Positions 19,282 to 29,693 of a DNA stretch of 64,000 nucleotides are shown piece after piece. The translations under genes were made by a program, and so were the position numbers. Source of the stretch: Terriglobia bacterium (lineage in GTDB: Bacteria > Acidobacteriota > Terriglobia > Acidiferrales > UBA7541); NCBI GenBank assembly GCA_963695545.1, contig OY968796.1:2016001-2080000 (forward strand), given 5' to 3'. The notes below the pieces were generated by a model. It ran no database searches. It had not been told where the DNA came from and saw only the letters and a list, made by a program, of their open reading frames with translations. Position 1 is the first letter of the stretch. Each line of letters begins with the position of its first letter.

Positions 19282-21366
19282 GTGGTACTTTGCCTGCGGC
19301 GCCCTCCGAAAAGTGTTTTTTTCCAATCTTTGCCCAATCTGTTTCGCCGCCACCTTTGTGAATCGCGGAGCATTTCGAGTGTTGCCAGGCGAGGCGCGCC
19401 CAGCGCCGCACGGGCGCTCGCGTGGGCGGTTCTTGCTGCCGTGCTCCTGCCGTGTCTTGCCGCATGCGGTGGCGGCGGAAGTTCCGGCGCCGCCGATCCG
19501 GTAGATCCGCCTCCGCCCGCGCCGACGACGGTCACGCTCGCGCCTCCGCTCGCAAGCGCGACGACATCGCAGTCGATCTCCTATTCCGCCGGCGGCACAA
19601 ACACCACGAACAGTAACGTCAACTGGACCGTGGACAGCGTGGCCGGCGGAAACTCCACCGTCGGTACGATTTCCGCCACCGGGATTTACACTCCCACGTC
19701 CGCGGCCGCGGGAAAACACACCATCGCGGCCACAAGCATGGCGACGCCAACGGCCTCGGCTTCGGCGACCGTGTGGGTGACAACCTATGCAGGCACGTTC
19801 ACCTGGCGCAACGACGCGCAGCGCTCGGGCCAGAATGAGCTGGAGCAGGCGCTTTCTCCTGCGACGCTCAACAGCACGAACTTCGGCAAATTATTTTCAT
19901 GTCCCGTGGACGGTGAGATTTTCGCCGAACCGCTTTACGTTGCGAATCTCGCGATCTCCGGCGGCACGCACAACGTCGTTTTCGTGGTCACGGAAAACGA
20001 CAGCGTGTATGCCTTCGACGCCGATGCTTCGCCCTGCGTGACCTACTGGAGCGACGCGACCGGAACTCCGACAACCTTGCTGCCTGCCATGGAAATCCCC
20101 GTACCTGATCAAGACGTGAACTCCACCGACATTGCGCCCACGATCGGCATCACCGGCACGCCCGTCATCGATTCCGCCACGAACACGATTTATTTCGTAA
20201 CGAAGACCAAGAACACCGCCAACCTGAACCCAACGTATTTTCAGCGGCTCTATGCTCTTGATATCAATACCGGCGCGGAAGACCCCGGCAGTCCGGTTGA
20301 AATTCTCCCGTCGGCAGCGGGAAATGGCGACGGCAACGGCGGCGGCGGAATGGTGGCGCTCGATGCGCGGACTCAGAATCAAACCGCGGCGCTGCTGCTT
20401 CTCGGTCACACCGTGTACGTCGCATTCGGATCGCTCACCAGCGCTGCGCCGTATCATGGCTGGGTGGTCGCGTACGACGAGACGACGCTCGCGCAGGTCG
20501 GCGCTTTCCTCGACACGCCGAACGGTTCCGCCGGCGGAATCTGGCTCGGCGGCGCCGGCTTGTCGGTGGATCAGGATTCGGGCTACATCTACGGCGCGTC
20601 GGGCAACGGCACATTCGATGCGCACAACGTCGCGCCGCCCAACAACGACTATGGCGAAAGTTTTTTCAAAATCAATCCTGTGCCGGTCGCCGCGCAATTG
20701 GGCCTCGTCGATTATTTCACGCCGTGCAACGAATTCACGCTCTCCAGTGCAGGGACCAACATTGGTTCCACTGGTGTGGTGCCCTTGCCCGACGCCGCCG
20801 GCAGCGCGGCCCATCCGCGCCTGCTGCTCGGAGGAAATGAGGCCGGCACTCTGTACCTGCTCGACCGCTCGAGCCTGGGCCATTTCGATGGCGGCACGTG
20901 CCCGGATACCGCGCCGGTCGAGGAGGTTTCGTTCTCGGGCGCGCTCTCTGGCACGCCGTCCTTCTGGACCGATTCGACGGGCGTGATTCGCGTTTACTCC
21001 GGCGCGAATGGCGCGAAGCTCGGGGCCTATCCGATCTCGAACGCGGTTCTCGCGTCTACGCCAGCATCGCAATCGCCCAGCGTCTTCTCGGGTGACGCGC
21101 CATCACCTGCGATTTCTTCAAACGGCGCGACGGCCGGAATTGTATGGGTACTCGATAGCGCGGGCTATAGCAACACTCCGCCGGGCCCTGCCGTGCTGCA
21201 CGCGTATGACGCAACCAATCTCGCGTCGGAGCTTTACAACAGCAATCAGGCGGGCGCGCGCGATCTTCCGGGCGTGGCGTTGAAATTCACGGTACCGACG
21301 GTGGGCAACGGCAAGGTGTACGTCGGCACGGAAACGGAACTCGACGTCTACGGTTTCCTGCCTTAG
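19282..21366 (+). CDS. lipoprotein with Ig-like and PQQ-like beta-propeller domains (start uncertain)
   Basis: LAACGGG lipobox; FGKLFSCPVDGEIFAEPLY, GITGTPVID and PTVGNGKVYVGT motifs. Confidence 0.8.
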   Translation: MVLCLRRPPKSVFFQSLPNLFRRHLCESRSISSVARRGAPSAARALAWAVLAAVLLPCLAACGGGGSSGAADPVDPPPPAPTTVTLAPPLASATTSQSISYSAGGTNTTNSNVNWTVDSVAGGNSTVGTISATGIYTPTSAAAGKHTIAATSMATPTASASATVWVTTYAGTFTWRNDAQRSGQNELEQALSPATLNSTNFGKLFSCPVDGEIFAEPLYVANLAISGGTHNVVFVVTENDSVYAFDADASPCVTYWSDATGTPTTLLPAMEIPVPDQDVNSTDIAPTIGITGTPVIDSATNTIYFVTKTKNTANLNPTYFQRLYALDINTGAEDPGSPVEILPSAAGNGDGNGGGGMVALDARTQNQTAALLLLGHTVYVAFGSLTSAAPYHGWVVAYDETTLAQVGAFLDTPNGSAGGIWLGGAGLSVDQDSGYIYGASGNGTFDAHNVAPPNNDYGESFFKINPVPVAAQLGLVDYFTPCNEFTLSSAGTNIGSTGVVPLPDAAGSAAHPRLLLGGNEAGTLYLLDRSSLGHFDGGTCPDTAPVEEVSFSGALSGTPSFWTDSTGVIRVYSGANGAKLGAYPISNAVLASTPASQSPSVFSGDAPSPAISSNGATAGIVWVLDSAGYSNTPPGPAVLHAYDATNLASELYNSNQAGARDLPGVALKFTVPTVGNGKVYVGTETELDVYGFLP

Positions 21367-21389
21367 TGATTTAATTCAATCCGGCGCGC

Positions 21390-23066
21390 TCACATTCCTT
21401 CGTAGTTCGGTCCACCTCCGCCTTCCGGTGGAACCCAGGTGATGATCTGGTAGGGATCGGCGATGTCGCAGGTCTTGCAATGCACGCAGTTGGATGCGTT
21501 GATTTTCAAACGCAGCGCGTCGCCAGTGCGCACCATTTCGTAGACCGCGGCCGGGCAGAAATATTGGCAGGGATTCCCGTATTCGGAGGCGCAGCGGTCC
21601 GCGCAGATGTTTGTGTCGGCCACGTGCAAATGGCACGGCTGGTCTTCTTCGTGGCGCGTGCCGGAATGATAGACGTCGGTGAGCCGATCGAAAGTGAGTT
21701 TGCCGTCGCCTACGAAGCGCGGCGGCGCGGCTTGGCCCGCCACGATCTTGCGATATTCCTCGAAGCCGGGCCGAATGCGCATCGGGTCCACCAGGCCTCG
21801 TCCGCCGGTCGCCATTTGCAGCGCGGTGTTCAGTAGGCCCGCGTACAGGCCGTGCTCGAATCCTTGATGGAAATTCCGCACGCGCCAGAGTTCAGGCTTA
21901 ATCCAGCTTTCGTCCACTTTTTTCGAGAATAAAGAAAGCGCGCGCGCCGAGGTGTCGCCGGAGCGCAGCGCTTCGAGAATTGTTTCGGCCGCGAGCATGC
22001 CGCTCTTGATCGCGAGATGAATGCCCTTCAATCGCTGGCCGTTCAAGAAGCTGGCGGTGTCGCCGATCAGCAGCACGCCGTCGGCGTAGGTTCGCGGCAT
22101 CGAATACCAGCCGCCTTCGGGAATGGTTTTCGCGCCGTAGCGCACCAGCGTGCCGCCTTCGAGCACGCGCCGCAAATGCGGATGCGTTTTGTAGCGCTCG
22201 AAGGCTTCGTGGGGATCGAATCGCGGATCGTGATATTCGAGGCTCACGACCAAGCCCACCGAAACGCGGTTGTCGCGCATGCCGTACAGCCAACCGCCGC
22301 CATGTTGCGAAGATTCGAGTGGCCAGCCCATCGTGTGCGCCACGCTGCCCGGCGCAATGCGTCCCGGCGGAACTTCCCACAGTTCTTTGATGCCGATGGC
22401 GTAGACCTGCGGATTCAAACCGTCAAGATGAAGCCGCGAAACCAATTCTTTGGTGAGCGAGCCGCGCGGTCCTTCGGCCAGCACCGTGACTTTCGCGCGC
22501 AATTCGTAGCCGGGCGTGTAGTTTTCTTTTCGCTTGCCGTCTTTGTCGAGACCTTTGTCTTCGGTGCGTACGCCCACCACGGTTTCGCCCGATTCGCCCG
22601 CGTACATCAGTTCGGCTCCGGCGAATTGCGTGAACAAATTCACGTTGGCCTGCTCGACGAGGCCGGCCATCCACTTCACGAGACGATTCAGAGAAACCAC
22701 GTAGTTGCCGCGATTGCGCAGCGGCGGAGGCGTGATCGGAAATTTCAGCGCTCGCGAACGCGTCAGAAAATAGGCCGCGTCGTCCGTGACCGGCGAATCA
22801 AGCGGCGCGTGCTTTTCAAAATCGGGCACGAGCTCGGCCAGGCCGCGCGGATCGAGCACCGCGCCGGAAAGCTGATGCGCGCCCGGCTCGCGCGCTTTTT
22901 CCAGAACGTAAATGTTCTCCGCGGGAAGCGCGGGCTTCGCGCCGGATTCGTTGTGTTTGCGGATCAGGTTCGCAAGATGCAGAGCGCATGCGAGTCCCGC
23001 CGGCCCCGCGCCGACGATCAGCACATCCGCGTCGAGACGCTCGCGTGCGGTGGATTCGAGAGGCAC
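21390..23066 (-). CDS. electron transfer flavoprotein-quinone oxidoreductase
   Basis: IVGAGPAG FAD motif; C-terminal 4Fe-4S motifs CPAAVYE and NCVHCKTCD. Confidence 0.95.
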   Translation of the reverse strand: MPLESTARERLDADVLIVGAGPAGLACALHLANLIRKHNESGAKPALPAENIYVLEKAREPGAHQLSGAVLDPRGLAELVPDFEKHAPLDSPVTDDAAYFLTRSRALKFPITPPPLRNRGNYVVSLNRLVKWMAGLVEQANVNLFTQFAGAELMYAGESGETVVGVRTEDKGLDKDGKRKENYTPGYELRAKVTVLAEGPRGSLTKELVSRLHLDGLNPQVYAIGIKELWEVPPGRIAPGSVAHTMGWPLESSQHGGGWLYGMRDNRVSVGLVVSLEYHDPRFDPHEAFERYKTHPHLRRVLEGGTLVRYGAKTIPEGGWYSMPRTYADGVLLIGDTASFLNGQRLKGIHLAIKSGMLAAETILEALRSGDTSARALSLFSKKVDESWIKPELWRVRNFHQGFEHGLYAGLLNTALQMATGGRGLVDPMRIRPGFEEYRKIVAGQAAPPRFVGDGKLTFDRLTDVYHSGTRHEEDQPCHLHVADTNICADRCASEYGNPCQYFCPAAVYEMVRTGDALRLKINASNCVHCKTCDIADPYQIITWVPPEGGGGPNYEGM

Positions 23067-23167
23067 GCGGCGATTCTAGCAGGAAAGCGAAATCGCGCGC
23101 GGACGACGCGGGCGCCGCCCGCGCGAATTGGCAACGTCGATGCTTCGAGAGCCTGCGGCGCGGCTGG

Positions 23168-24151
23168 CTATGTTTTTGTTTTTTCCAGTTCGTGCGCGAG
23201 CGCCGGGATCAACTCGAAGATGTCGCCGACGATGCCGTAGTCGGCGACCTCGAAAATGGGCGCGTGCGCGTCCTTGTTGATTGCGACGATCGTGCGCGAG
23301 CCTTTCATGCCGACCACGTGTTGAATTGCGCCGCTGATTCCGAGCGCGAGATAAAGTTTGGGCGCGACGGTTTGGCCGGAGCTGCCGACTTGCCGGTCCA
23401 TCGGGAGCCAGCCTTCATCGCAGATCGGACGCGATGCGCAGAGCTCGCCGCCCAGCGCTTTGGCCAGTTGCGCGGCGAGCGGAATATTTTCCGGCGCTTT
23501 GATGCCGCGGCCGACGGCGACGAGAACTGGCGCCTGCGTCAGGTCCACCGCCTGCTTTGATTCCTGGAAAGGCGCTTCCGGCTTGGTTCGTATCTGCGCC
23601 GTGTCGAGATTCACCGCGACTCGCTTCACCGGTGCTTTCGCCGAGCCGTGCGACACTTTGTCTCCGCGAAACGCGCCCGCTTGCAGCGACGCGAACCACG
23701 GCCCCGCGCCCTCAAAGCTCACGTCGGCCGCGGTGCGTCCTTGAAACATCTGGCGCACGAAAACGAGGCGCCCGTTTTCGAGGCGATATCCGACGCAATC
23801 GCCGATCATGCCTTTGCCGAGCGAAGCGGCGAGTTGCGGCGCGAAATCGCGTACTTGATACGTGTGCGGAAAAAGCACTAGATCGGGCTTCGCCGCGGCG
23901 ATCGCTTGCGAAAGCGCGATCGTGAATCCGTCCGGCGTGTAGGCGTCAAGTAGATCGTGCTCGACAACAAAAACTTCATCAAGCTTCGCGCTCGCCAATT
24001 CTTCGGCGAGCGCCACAACGCCCTTGCCGATCACCAGCGCCGCGAGGCGCCCCTGCGTTTCCGCGGCGATTTGCTGCCCCGCGGCGAGCGCTTCAAAGCT
24101 CGTTTTGTTCCACGCGTCGGAGTGCTGCTCGGTTACGACCAGAATATTCAT
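23168..24151 (-). CDS. etfA: electron transfer flavoprotein alpha subunit
   Basis: QVGSSGQTVAP and GISGAIQH..GM motifs; ATG at 24151. Confidence 0.96.
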   Translation of the reverse strand: MNILVVTEQHSDAWNKTSFEALAAGQQIAAETQGRLAALVIGKGVVALAEELASAKLDEVFVVEHDLLDAYTPDGFTIALSQAIAAAKPDLVLFPHTYQVRDFAPQLAASLGKGMIGDCVGYRLENGRLVFVRQMFQGRTAADVSFEGAGPWFASLQAGAFRGDKVSHGSAKAPVKRVAVNLDTAQIRTKPEAPFQESKQAVDLTQAPVLVAVGRGIKAPENIPLAAQLAKALGGELCASRPICDEGWLPMDRQVGSSGQTVAPKLYLALGISGAIQHVVGMKGSRTIVAINKDAHAPIFEVADYGIVGDIFELIPALAHELEKTKT

Positions 24152-24165
24152 CTGGAGCGGCTCAT

Positions 24166-24936
24166 TTAGATAACGCGGGCTTCGTGGCGCAATTTTTCCA
24201 CCAGCTTCGCCGCCGCTTCCGCCGGTGTGCCGGTGATGAATTCGGTTTTTTTTGTCTTTTGCGGAACGTAAATGCGTTCGACGCGCTCTGTCACCGCGGA
24301 CGAAACGCCCAGCGATTCCTGCGCGATCGTGACGATTTCTTTTTTCTTCGCGGCCATGATGCCCTTGAGCGTGGCGTAACGCACTTTGTTGATTCCGGAT
24401 TGAATCGTCAGCACGGCGGGCCAGGGTAAAGCGATCCATTGGAACCAGCCGGCTTCGAGTTCGCGCTTCACGCGCAGACGGTTCTCATGCACTTCGATTT
24501 GCATGATGAGCGTCGCGTGCGGCAGCGCCAGCAATTGAGCCAGCAGGACGCCGGTTTGGCCCGAACCCTGATCGTCGCTTTGCAGGCCGGTGAGAATAAG
24601 GTCGGGCTTCTCGCGTTCAATCGCCGCGGCCAAAGAGCGCGCGGCGAGCAGCGGATCGAGCGCGAAGAATTTATCGTCGGCGACGTGAATGCCGCGATCG
24701 GCGCCCTTGGCCAGCGCTTCTTTGATGGCTTGCTTCGCGCGCTCGGGGCCCATCGAAAGCGCGATCACTTCGCCGCCGTGCTTTTCCTTCAGGCGCAGCG
24801 CTTCTTCGAGCGCGAAACCATCTGGCTCGTTCATCTCGAAGCCGATGTCGGATTCACGAATCCATTTGCCGTCTTCAGAAATCGCGAGAGGTGCGTCTTT
24901 GGCGGGAACTTGCTTTACGCAAACGAGAAGTTTCAC
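24166..24936 (-). CDS. etfB: electron transfer flavoprotein beta subunit
   Basis: VCVKQVP, ALAKGAD and RYATLKGIMAAKKK motifs. Confidence 0.96.
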   Translation of the reverse strand: MKLLVCVKQVPAKDAPLAISEDGKWIRESDIGFEMNEPDGFALEEALRLKEKHGGEVIALSMGPERAKQAIKEALAKGADRGIHVADDKFFALDPLLAARSLAAAIEREKPDLILTGLQSDDQGSGQTGVLLAQLLALPHATLIMQIEVHENRLRVKRELEAGWFQWIALPWPAVLTIQSGINKVRYATLKGIMAAKKKEIVTIAQESLGVSSAVTERVERIYVPQKTKKTEFITGTPAEAAAKLVEKLRHEARVI

Positions 24937-26186
24937 CGGCCGTTCCAGCGGCGAAAGATCAGCGCGGCGTTGGTGCCGCCAAAACCGAAGGAGTTCGAGA
25001 GCGCGTATTCGACTTCAGCTTTGCGCGCGTGATTCGGAATGTAATCGAGGTCGCACGCAGGGTCGGGATTTTCGTAATTGATCGTCGGCGGCAATGTCTG
25101 ATCGCGCAGCGCGAGCACGCTGATGCCGGCTTCGAGTCCGCCCGCCCCGCCGAGCAAATGTCCGGTCATGGATTTCGTGGAGCTGACGGCAATCTTGTGC
25201 GCGACTTCACCGAAAGCGCGCTTCATGGCTTTGGTTTCGATGGCGTCGCCGAGCGGCGTCGAAGTGCCGTGCGCGTTTACGTAGCCGACCTGGCCGGGCT
25301 CGACTCCGGCGTCGCGCATGGCCCTGCGCATCACGCGAAACGCGCCGTCGCCATCTTCAGAAGGCTGCGTGATGTGGAACGCGTCCCCGCTCATTCCATA
25401 GCCCACAATTTCCGCCAAAATGTTGGCGCCGCGGCGCTGGGCAAGATCCAGCGATTCAAGGATCAACACACCCGAGCCTTCGCCCACCACGAACCCGTCG
25501 CGCTGCGCGTCGAAGGGACGACTGGCGCGGCCCGGCTCGTCGTTCCGCGTGGACAGTGCCTTCATCGACGAAAATCCGCCGATGCTCATCGGAGTGACGG
25601 CCGCTTCGCTGCCGCCGCTGATCATGGCCTCGGCGTCGCCGCGCTGGATCAGTCGAAACGAATCTCCCACGGCGTGAGCCGAAGCCGAGCAGGCCGTCGT
25701 CGTGGAAGAGTTTGGCCCGCGCGCGCCGTAGCGAATCGAAATGTGACCCGAGCCGAGATTGGCGATCGACGCTGGAATGAAAAACGGTGAGATGCGGCCG
25801 GGACCGCCTTGCATCAGTTTGGTGTGCTCGCGTTCGATCACGTCGAATCCGCCGATGCCCGTGCCGATGTACACGCCGACGTCGTCGCGGAGTTCCGGCG
25901 AGATCTCGAGGCCCGACATGCGCATCGCGGAGTCGGCGGCGGCCAGCGCCAACTGAATGAACCGGCCGATTTTCTTGACTTCTTTTTTTTCGAGCCAGTT
26001 CAGCGGATCGAAATTGCGGACTTCGCCGGCGATCTTGCAATCGAACGCCGTGGCGTCAAAATGCGTGATCGGCCCGACTCCGGGCTCGCCGGCGAGCAAC
26101 CGCGGCCACACTTCTGCGGTGCCGATGCCGAGGTCGCAGACGAGGCCGACACCCGTTACGACTACCCGGCGGTTCAACGGAGCCAT
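24933..26186 (-). CDS. fabF: 3-oxoacyl-ACP synthase II
   Basis: TACSAS, NAHGTST, KSMTGHLLG and SNSFGFGGTN motifs. Confidence 0.98.
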   Translation of the reverse strand: MAPLNRRVVVTGVGLVCDLGIGTAEVWPRLLAGEPGVGPITHFDATAFDCKIAGEVRNFDPLNWLEKKEVKKIGRFIQLALAAADSAMRMSGLEISPELRDDVGVYIGTGIGGFDVIEREHTKLMQGGPGRISPFFIPASIANLGSGHISIRYGARGPNSSTTTACSASAHAVGDSFRLIQRGDAEAMISGGSEAAVTPMSIGGFSSMKALSTRNDEPGRASRPFDAQRDGFVVGEGSGVLILESLDLAQRRGANILAEIVGYGMSGDAFHITQPSEDGDGAFRVMRRAMRDAGVEPGQVGYVNAHGTSTPLGDAIETKAMKRAFGEVAHKIAVSSTKSMTGHLLGGAGGLEAGISVLALRDQTLPPTINYENPDPACDLDYIPNHARKAEVEYALSNSFGFGGTNAALIFRRWNGR

Positions 26187-26222
26187 TCTCGTGCTCCTGC
26201 GTGCAATGCGGGGAGCGGTCGA

Positions 26223-26468
26223 TTACTTTTTGGCAGAGGCGTGCTTTTCGATGTAATCGATCGCGTCTTTCACGGTGGCGATTTTTTCGGCGTCCTCGTC
26301 GGGGATTTCGATCCCGAAGGCTTCCTCAAACGCCATCACCAGCTCAACCGTATCGAGCGAATCCGCGCCCAAATCGTCCACAAACGAAGCCGTCGGAGTC
26401 ACTTCCGCCTCGTCAACCCCCAGTTGCTCGACGATGATCTGCTTGACGCGCTCTTCCGTGCTGGCCAT
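26223..26468 (-). CDS. acpP: acyl carrier protein
   Basis: [14 protein letters not shown] motif. Confidence 0.98.
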   Translation of the reverse strand: MASTEERVKQIIVEQLGVDEAEVTPTASFVDDLGADSLDTVELVMAFEEAFGIEIPDEDAEKIATVKDAIDYIEKHASAKK

Positions 26469-26607
26469 TCTGTTTTGCCTCCGCTCTGGCTGGTTTGGGC
26501 TCAGGCTTTCGATTTCGATTCAGACTACCCCTATTGTTTCCCGCCCATTCTATGCAGGCAATGCGGGAAGGTCAACCGCGCGCATTCGCGGCGCGGGGCG
26601 CTGCGGC

Positions 26608-27354
26608 CTAGCCCATCCTCAGGCCGCCGTTGACGTCGAGCACGGCGCCGGTGATGTACGCGGCCTCGTCGCTTGCCAGAAAAACGATCGCCGCCGCGAT
26701 TTCCGCGTCGGTGCCCATGCGGCCGAGAGGGATTCGCTCGAGCAGCGCTTGCTTAACGGCGTCGCTGAGCGGGTCCGTCATCGGCGAAACAATGAAGCCG
26801 GGCGCGACCGCATTCACGGTGATGCTTCGCGAAGCCACTTCGACGGCCAGCGCGCGCGTGAGGCCGATCAATCCGGCCTTTGCGGCGACGTAGTTTGACT
26901 GGCCTGCGTTGCCCGTCTCAGCTACCACCGACGTCACGTTGATGATCCGGCCCGAGCGTTGCCGCATCATCACGGCCAAGGCTTGCTGCGCGCACAAATG
27001 CGCGCCGGTCAAATTCGTGCGCAGCACGGCGTCCCAATCGTCGGCCTTCATGCGCACGGCCAGGCCGTCGCGCGTGATAGCGGCGTTGTTCACTAAAATG
27101 TCCAGGCGGCCGAAGCGCTCGATGGCGCGCTTGAAACCCGATTTCACCTGTTCCGCGTCAGCCACATCCATCGGTACGGCCAGCGCTTCCGCACCGGCCG
27201 CCGTGACTTCGGCTTCGATGGCCGCGAGTTTTTCGGCGTTGCGCGCGGCGAGCGCCACGCGCGCTCCGGCGCCGAGCAGCGCGAGAGCCGTGGCGCGGCC
27301 GATGCCTTGCGAGGCGCCAGTTACCAGAGCGACTTTTCCCGTCAGATTGAACAT
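26608..27354 (-). CDS. fabG: 3-oxoacyl-ACP reductase
   Basis: TGASQGIG, NNAAITRD and YVAAK motifs; operon context. Confidence 0.96.
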   Translation of the reverse strand: MFNLTGKVALVTGASQGIGRATALALLGAGARVALAARNAEKLAAIEAEVTAAGAEALAVPMDVADAEQVKSGFKRAIERFGRLDILVNNAAITRDGLAVRMKADDWDAVLRTNLTGAHLCAQQALAVMMRQRSGRIINVTSVVAETGNAGQSNYVAAKAGLIGLTRALAVEVASRSITVNAVAPGFIVSPMTDPLSDAVKQALLERIPLGRMGTDAEIAAAIVFLASDEAAYITGAVLDVNGGLRMG

Positions 27355-27388
27355 GGAAAATTCAGACTGTCTCCGAATTCGATTTCGA

Positions 27389-28351
27389 CTAAATCTCGGA
27401 CACTTCGGCTCGGGCTTGCGCCAATTTTTCGAGCGTCGTGCCCAGCGATTTTTCGTCTTCGACGTTCGAGCAGTGCACCGAGCGATCCATTTGACGCAGC
27501 AGTCCGCTCAGCACGCGCCCCGGACCGACTTCGACGAACGACGTTACGCCTTCTTCGATCAGCGCGCGAATCGATTGTTCCCAGCGCACCGGCAACGTCA
27601 CCTGGCGAATCAGCGCCGAGCGTGCTTCGTCGCCCGTAGTAATAATCTCGGCGTCGACGTTCGTGACCAGCGGAATCTCGAGGGGGCCGAACTTTGTCGC
27701 GCGCAAATCGCCTTCGAGGCGCTCGGCCGCCGGGCGCATCATTTCGCTGTGAAACGGAGCAGAGACCGCCAGCACCACGGCGCGTTTCGCCCCCGCTTGC
27801 GACGCCAATTCTACCGCGCGCTTCACCGCTGCCGCGCTGCCGGAAATTACCGTTTGATCCGGAGAATTCAAATTGGCCGGCGCGGCCGTTTCTTCGGCCG
27901 ACGACGATTTGCGGCAAATGTCCGCCACCTGCGCAGGCGAAAGTCCCATGATCGCGGCCATCGCGCCTTGACCCTCGGGCACGGCCTCCTGCATGTACTG
28001 GCCCCGGCGGCGCACCAGTCGCACCGCATCGGCGAAATCGAGCGAGCCCGCCGCGACCAGCGCCGAAAATTCGCCTAGGCTGTGCCCGGCGACGTAATCC
28101 GGGCGTATGCCATTTTCCGCCAACAGCCGCGCCGCGGCCACCGATACGGTCAGGATCGCGGGCTGGGTATTGACGGTTTTTTTCAGTGCCTCTTCGGAGC
28201 CATCGAAACAAATCCCGGAAAGCGATTCGCCCAGCGCGCGATCCGCTTCGGCGAACGTGACTGCCGCGGTAGGGAATTTCTCCGCGAGGTCTTTGCCCAT
28301 CCCCGGATACTGGGCGGCTTGACCCGGAAACATGAACGCCAGCTTGCCCAT
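27389..28351 (-). CDS. fabD: malonyl-CoA:ACP transacylase
   Basis: FPGQ, GHSLGE and SAPFHS motifs. Confidence 0.97.
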   Translation of the reverse strand: MGKLAFMFPGQAAQYPGMGKDLAEKFPTAAVTFAEADRALGESLSGICFDGSEEALKKTVNTQPAILTVSVAAARLLAENGIRPDYVAGHSLGEFSALVAAGSLDFADAVRLVRRRGQYMQEAVPEGQGAMAAIMGLSPAQVADICRKSSSAEETAAPANLNSPDQTVISGSAAAVKRAVELASQAGAKRAVVLAVSAPFHSEMMRPAAERLEGDLRATKFGPLEIPLVTNVDAEIITTGDEARSALIRQVTLPVRWEQSIRALIEEGVTSFVEVGPGRVLSGLLRQMDRSVHCSNVEDEKSLGTTLEKLAQARAEVSEI

Positions 28352-28564
28352 CTTGCGGCCTGCTTTCTTTCTAGGTGTCTTTGTCCCTCAGACCCTGGGT
28401 GTCCGGGGTTCCTCGCGGTGCCAGCCACTTCGCCGCATCGAGCACAGTCATGCGGCTGGCCGTGCCTCGTCGCCGCTGGCCGTGGTTCACCAGGGAGGCT
28501 TTGGGTCAACTCGCGTGCAGATCGTGTGCAGATACGTTACAGATCGACGAGCGGCTTCCTCGGC

Positions 28565-28744
28565 TCAGGCGGTCGTGTCGACGACTTCGCGTCCCTTGTA
28601 ATAGCCGCAGTGTGGGCAGGCCTGATGCGGCTGTTTCATCTCATGGCAATTCGGACATTCGGCGAGCGCAGGCGCCTTCAGGTGGTCGTGCGCGCGCCTC
28701 TGGTTCTTGCGCCGATGAGAATGACGACGTTTCGGATTGGGCAT
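28565..28744 (-). CDS. rpmF: 50S ribosomal protein L32 (59 aa, absent from the ORF track)
   Basis: MPNPKRRHSHRRKNQRRAHDHLKAPALAECPNCHEMKQPHQACPHCGYYKGREVVDTTA; AAGGAG RBS. Confidence 0.97.
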   Translation of the reverse strand: MPNPKRRHSHRRKNQRRAHDHLKAPALAECPNCHEMKQPHQACPHCGYYKGREVVDTTA

Positions 28745-28807
28745 ACAAACTCCTTCGCGGGGCCCGTAGGGGACGGCTGTATTCTATGCCGTTTCGCCGC
28801 TGGATGA

Positions 28808-29341
28808 CTAATGCTTCTTCTGCCAGTTCTGCTTGATTCTCCCGAGCACCGCCAGGCGGGGATCCACGGCGTGTGCGTCGCAGCGGCAATCCTCGCCATT
28901 CAGATTGGCGCCGCACTGCGGACATAAGCCGCGGCAATCGCTGCGGCATATCACCTTCATGGGCAACGCTAACAGCACTTGCTCGGCCAGCACGTCGGCC
29001 AGGAACAGCCCATCGCCCTCGAAAAAGCCGATTTCCGTATCGTCCGTCTTGAGCCGAAGTTCCTCTTCGCGGCTCATGCCCTCCAGCGGCTTGTAGGTCA
29101 GGTCGAAATCGCGGCTGATCTCTTCGACCACCGGCTCAAGGCAACGCGCGCAGACCATCTCAAGGCGCGTGTGCAGGTCGCCGACCAGGCGAATTTGGCC
29201 GTCGAGCAATTCGGCCTTCGCGCTCACCTCAAGTGGCTCAACCTGGCGGAATTCGGCCGAGTGGAAATCCAGCGTTCCCGGAGCGTAGCTCTTGTGGAGC
29301 TGGATCTTGTGCAGCGCGAGCTCTTTGACGTCGATAAACAT
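28808..29341 (-). CDS. yceD: YceD/DUF177 family protein
   Basis: CARCLEP and LPMKVICRSDCRGLCPQCGANLN motifs; upstream of rpmF. Confidence 0.93.
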   Translation of the reverse strand: MFIDVKELALHKIQLHKSYAPGTLDFHSAEFRQVEPLEVSAKAELLDGQIRLVGDLHTRLEMVCARCLEPVVEEISRDFDLTYKPLEGMSREEELRLKTDDTEIGFFEGDGLFLADVLAEQVLLALPMKVICRSDCRGLCPQCGANLNGEDCRCDAHAVDPRLAVLGRIKQNWQKKH

Positions 29342-29373
29342 CGTGTTTCGTGTGCCTGTTCAGGCAAATGTTA

Positions 29374-29401
29374 ATTATAGGGACCGTCTGGGCCAAGTCA
29401 A
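29374..29401 (-). promoter_or_regulatory. sigma70-type promoter of the yceD-rpmF operon
   Basis: TTGACT-N16-TATAAT on the minus strand. Confidence 0.65.
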
Positions 29402-29693
29402 GGAAGGCTCGCGGAGGGCGTGATACTCGTGGCGCGTCCGCTTCGAGCCAGATTGTCGCGCACCAACGGGGCCTATCCATCATCAAACGATCAGGAGCAG
29501 TCAGAGCGGCGGTCGGCGCCGGGTGCGCGTTTTGAGCGGATTTCTGATCCGATGGCGACGCGTTTATGGGTGCCAAAAAGCTAGTACCCGATTGGAGTCC
29601 TACCGAGAACAAGCCGTGTGATTGCGTTCGCGGGGGCGCGTATGTTCGTTGTGTCGGGTGCAAGGACCTCTCAGAACGGATTTGGTGCGAGAC

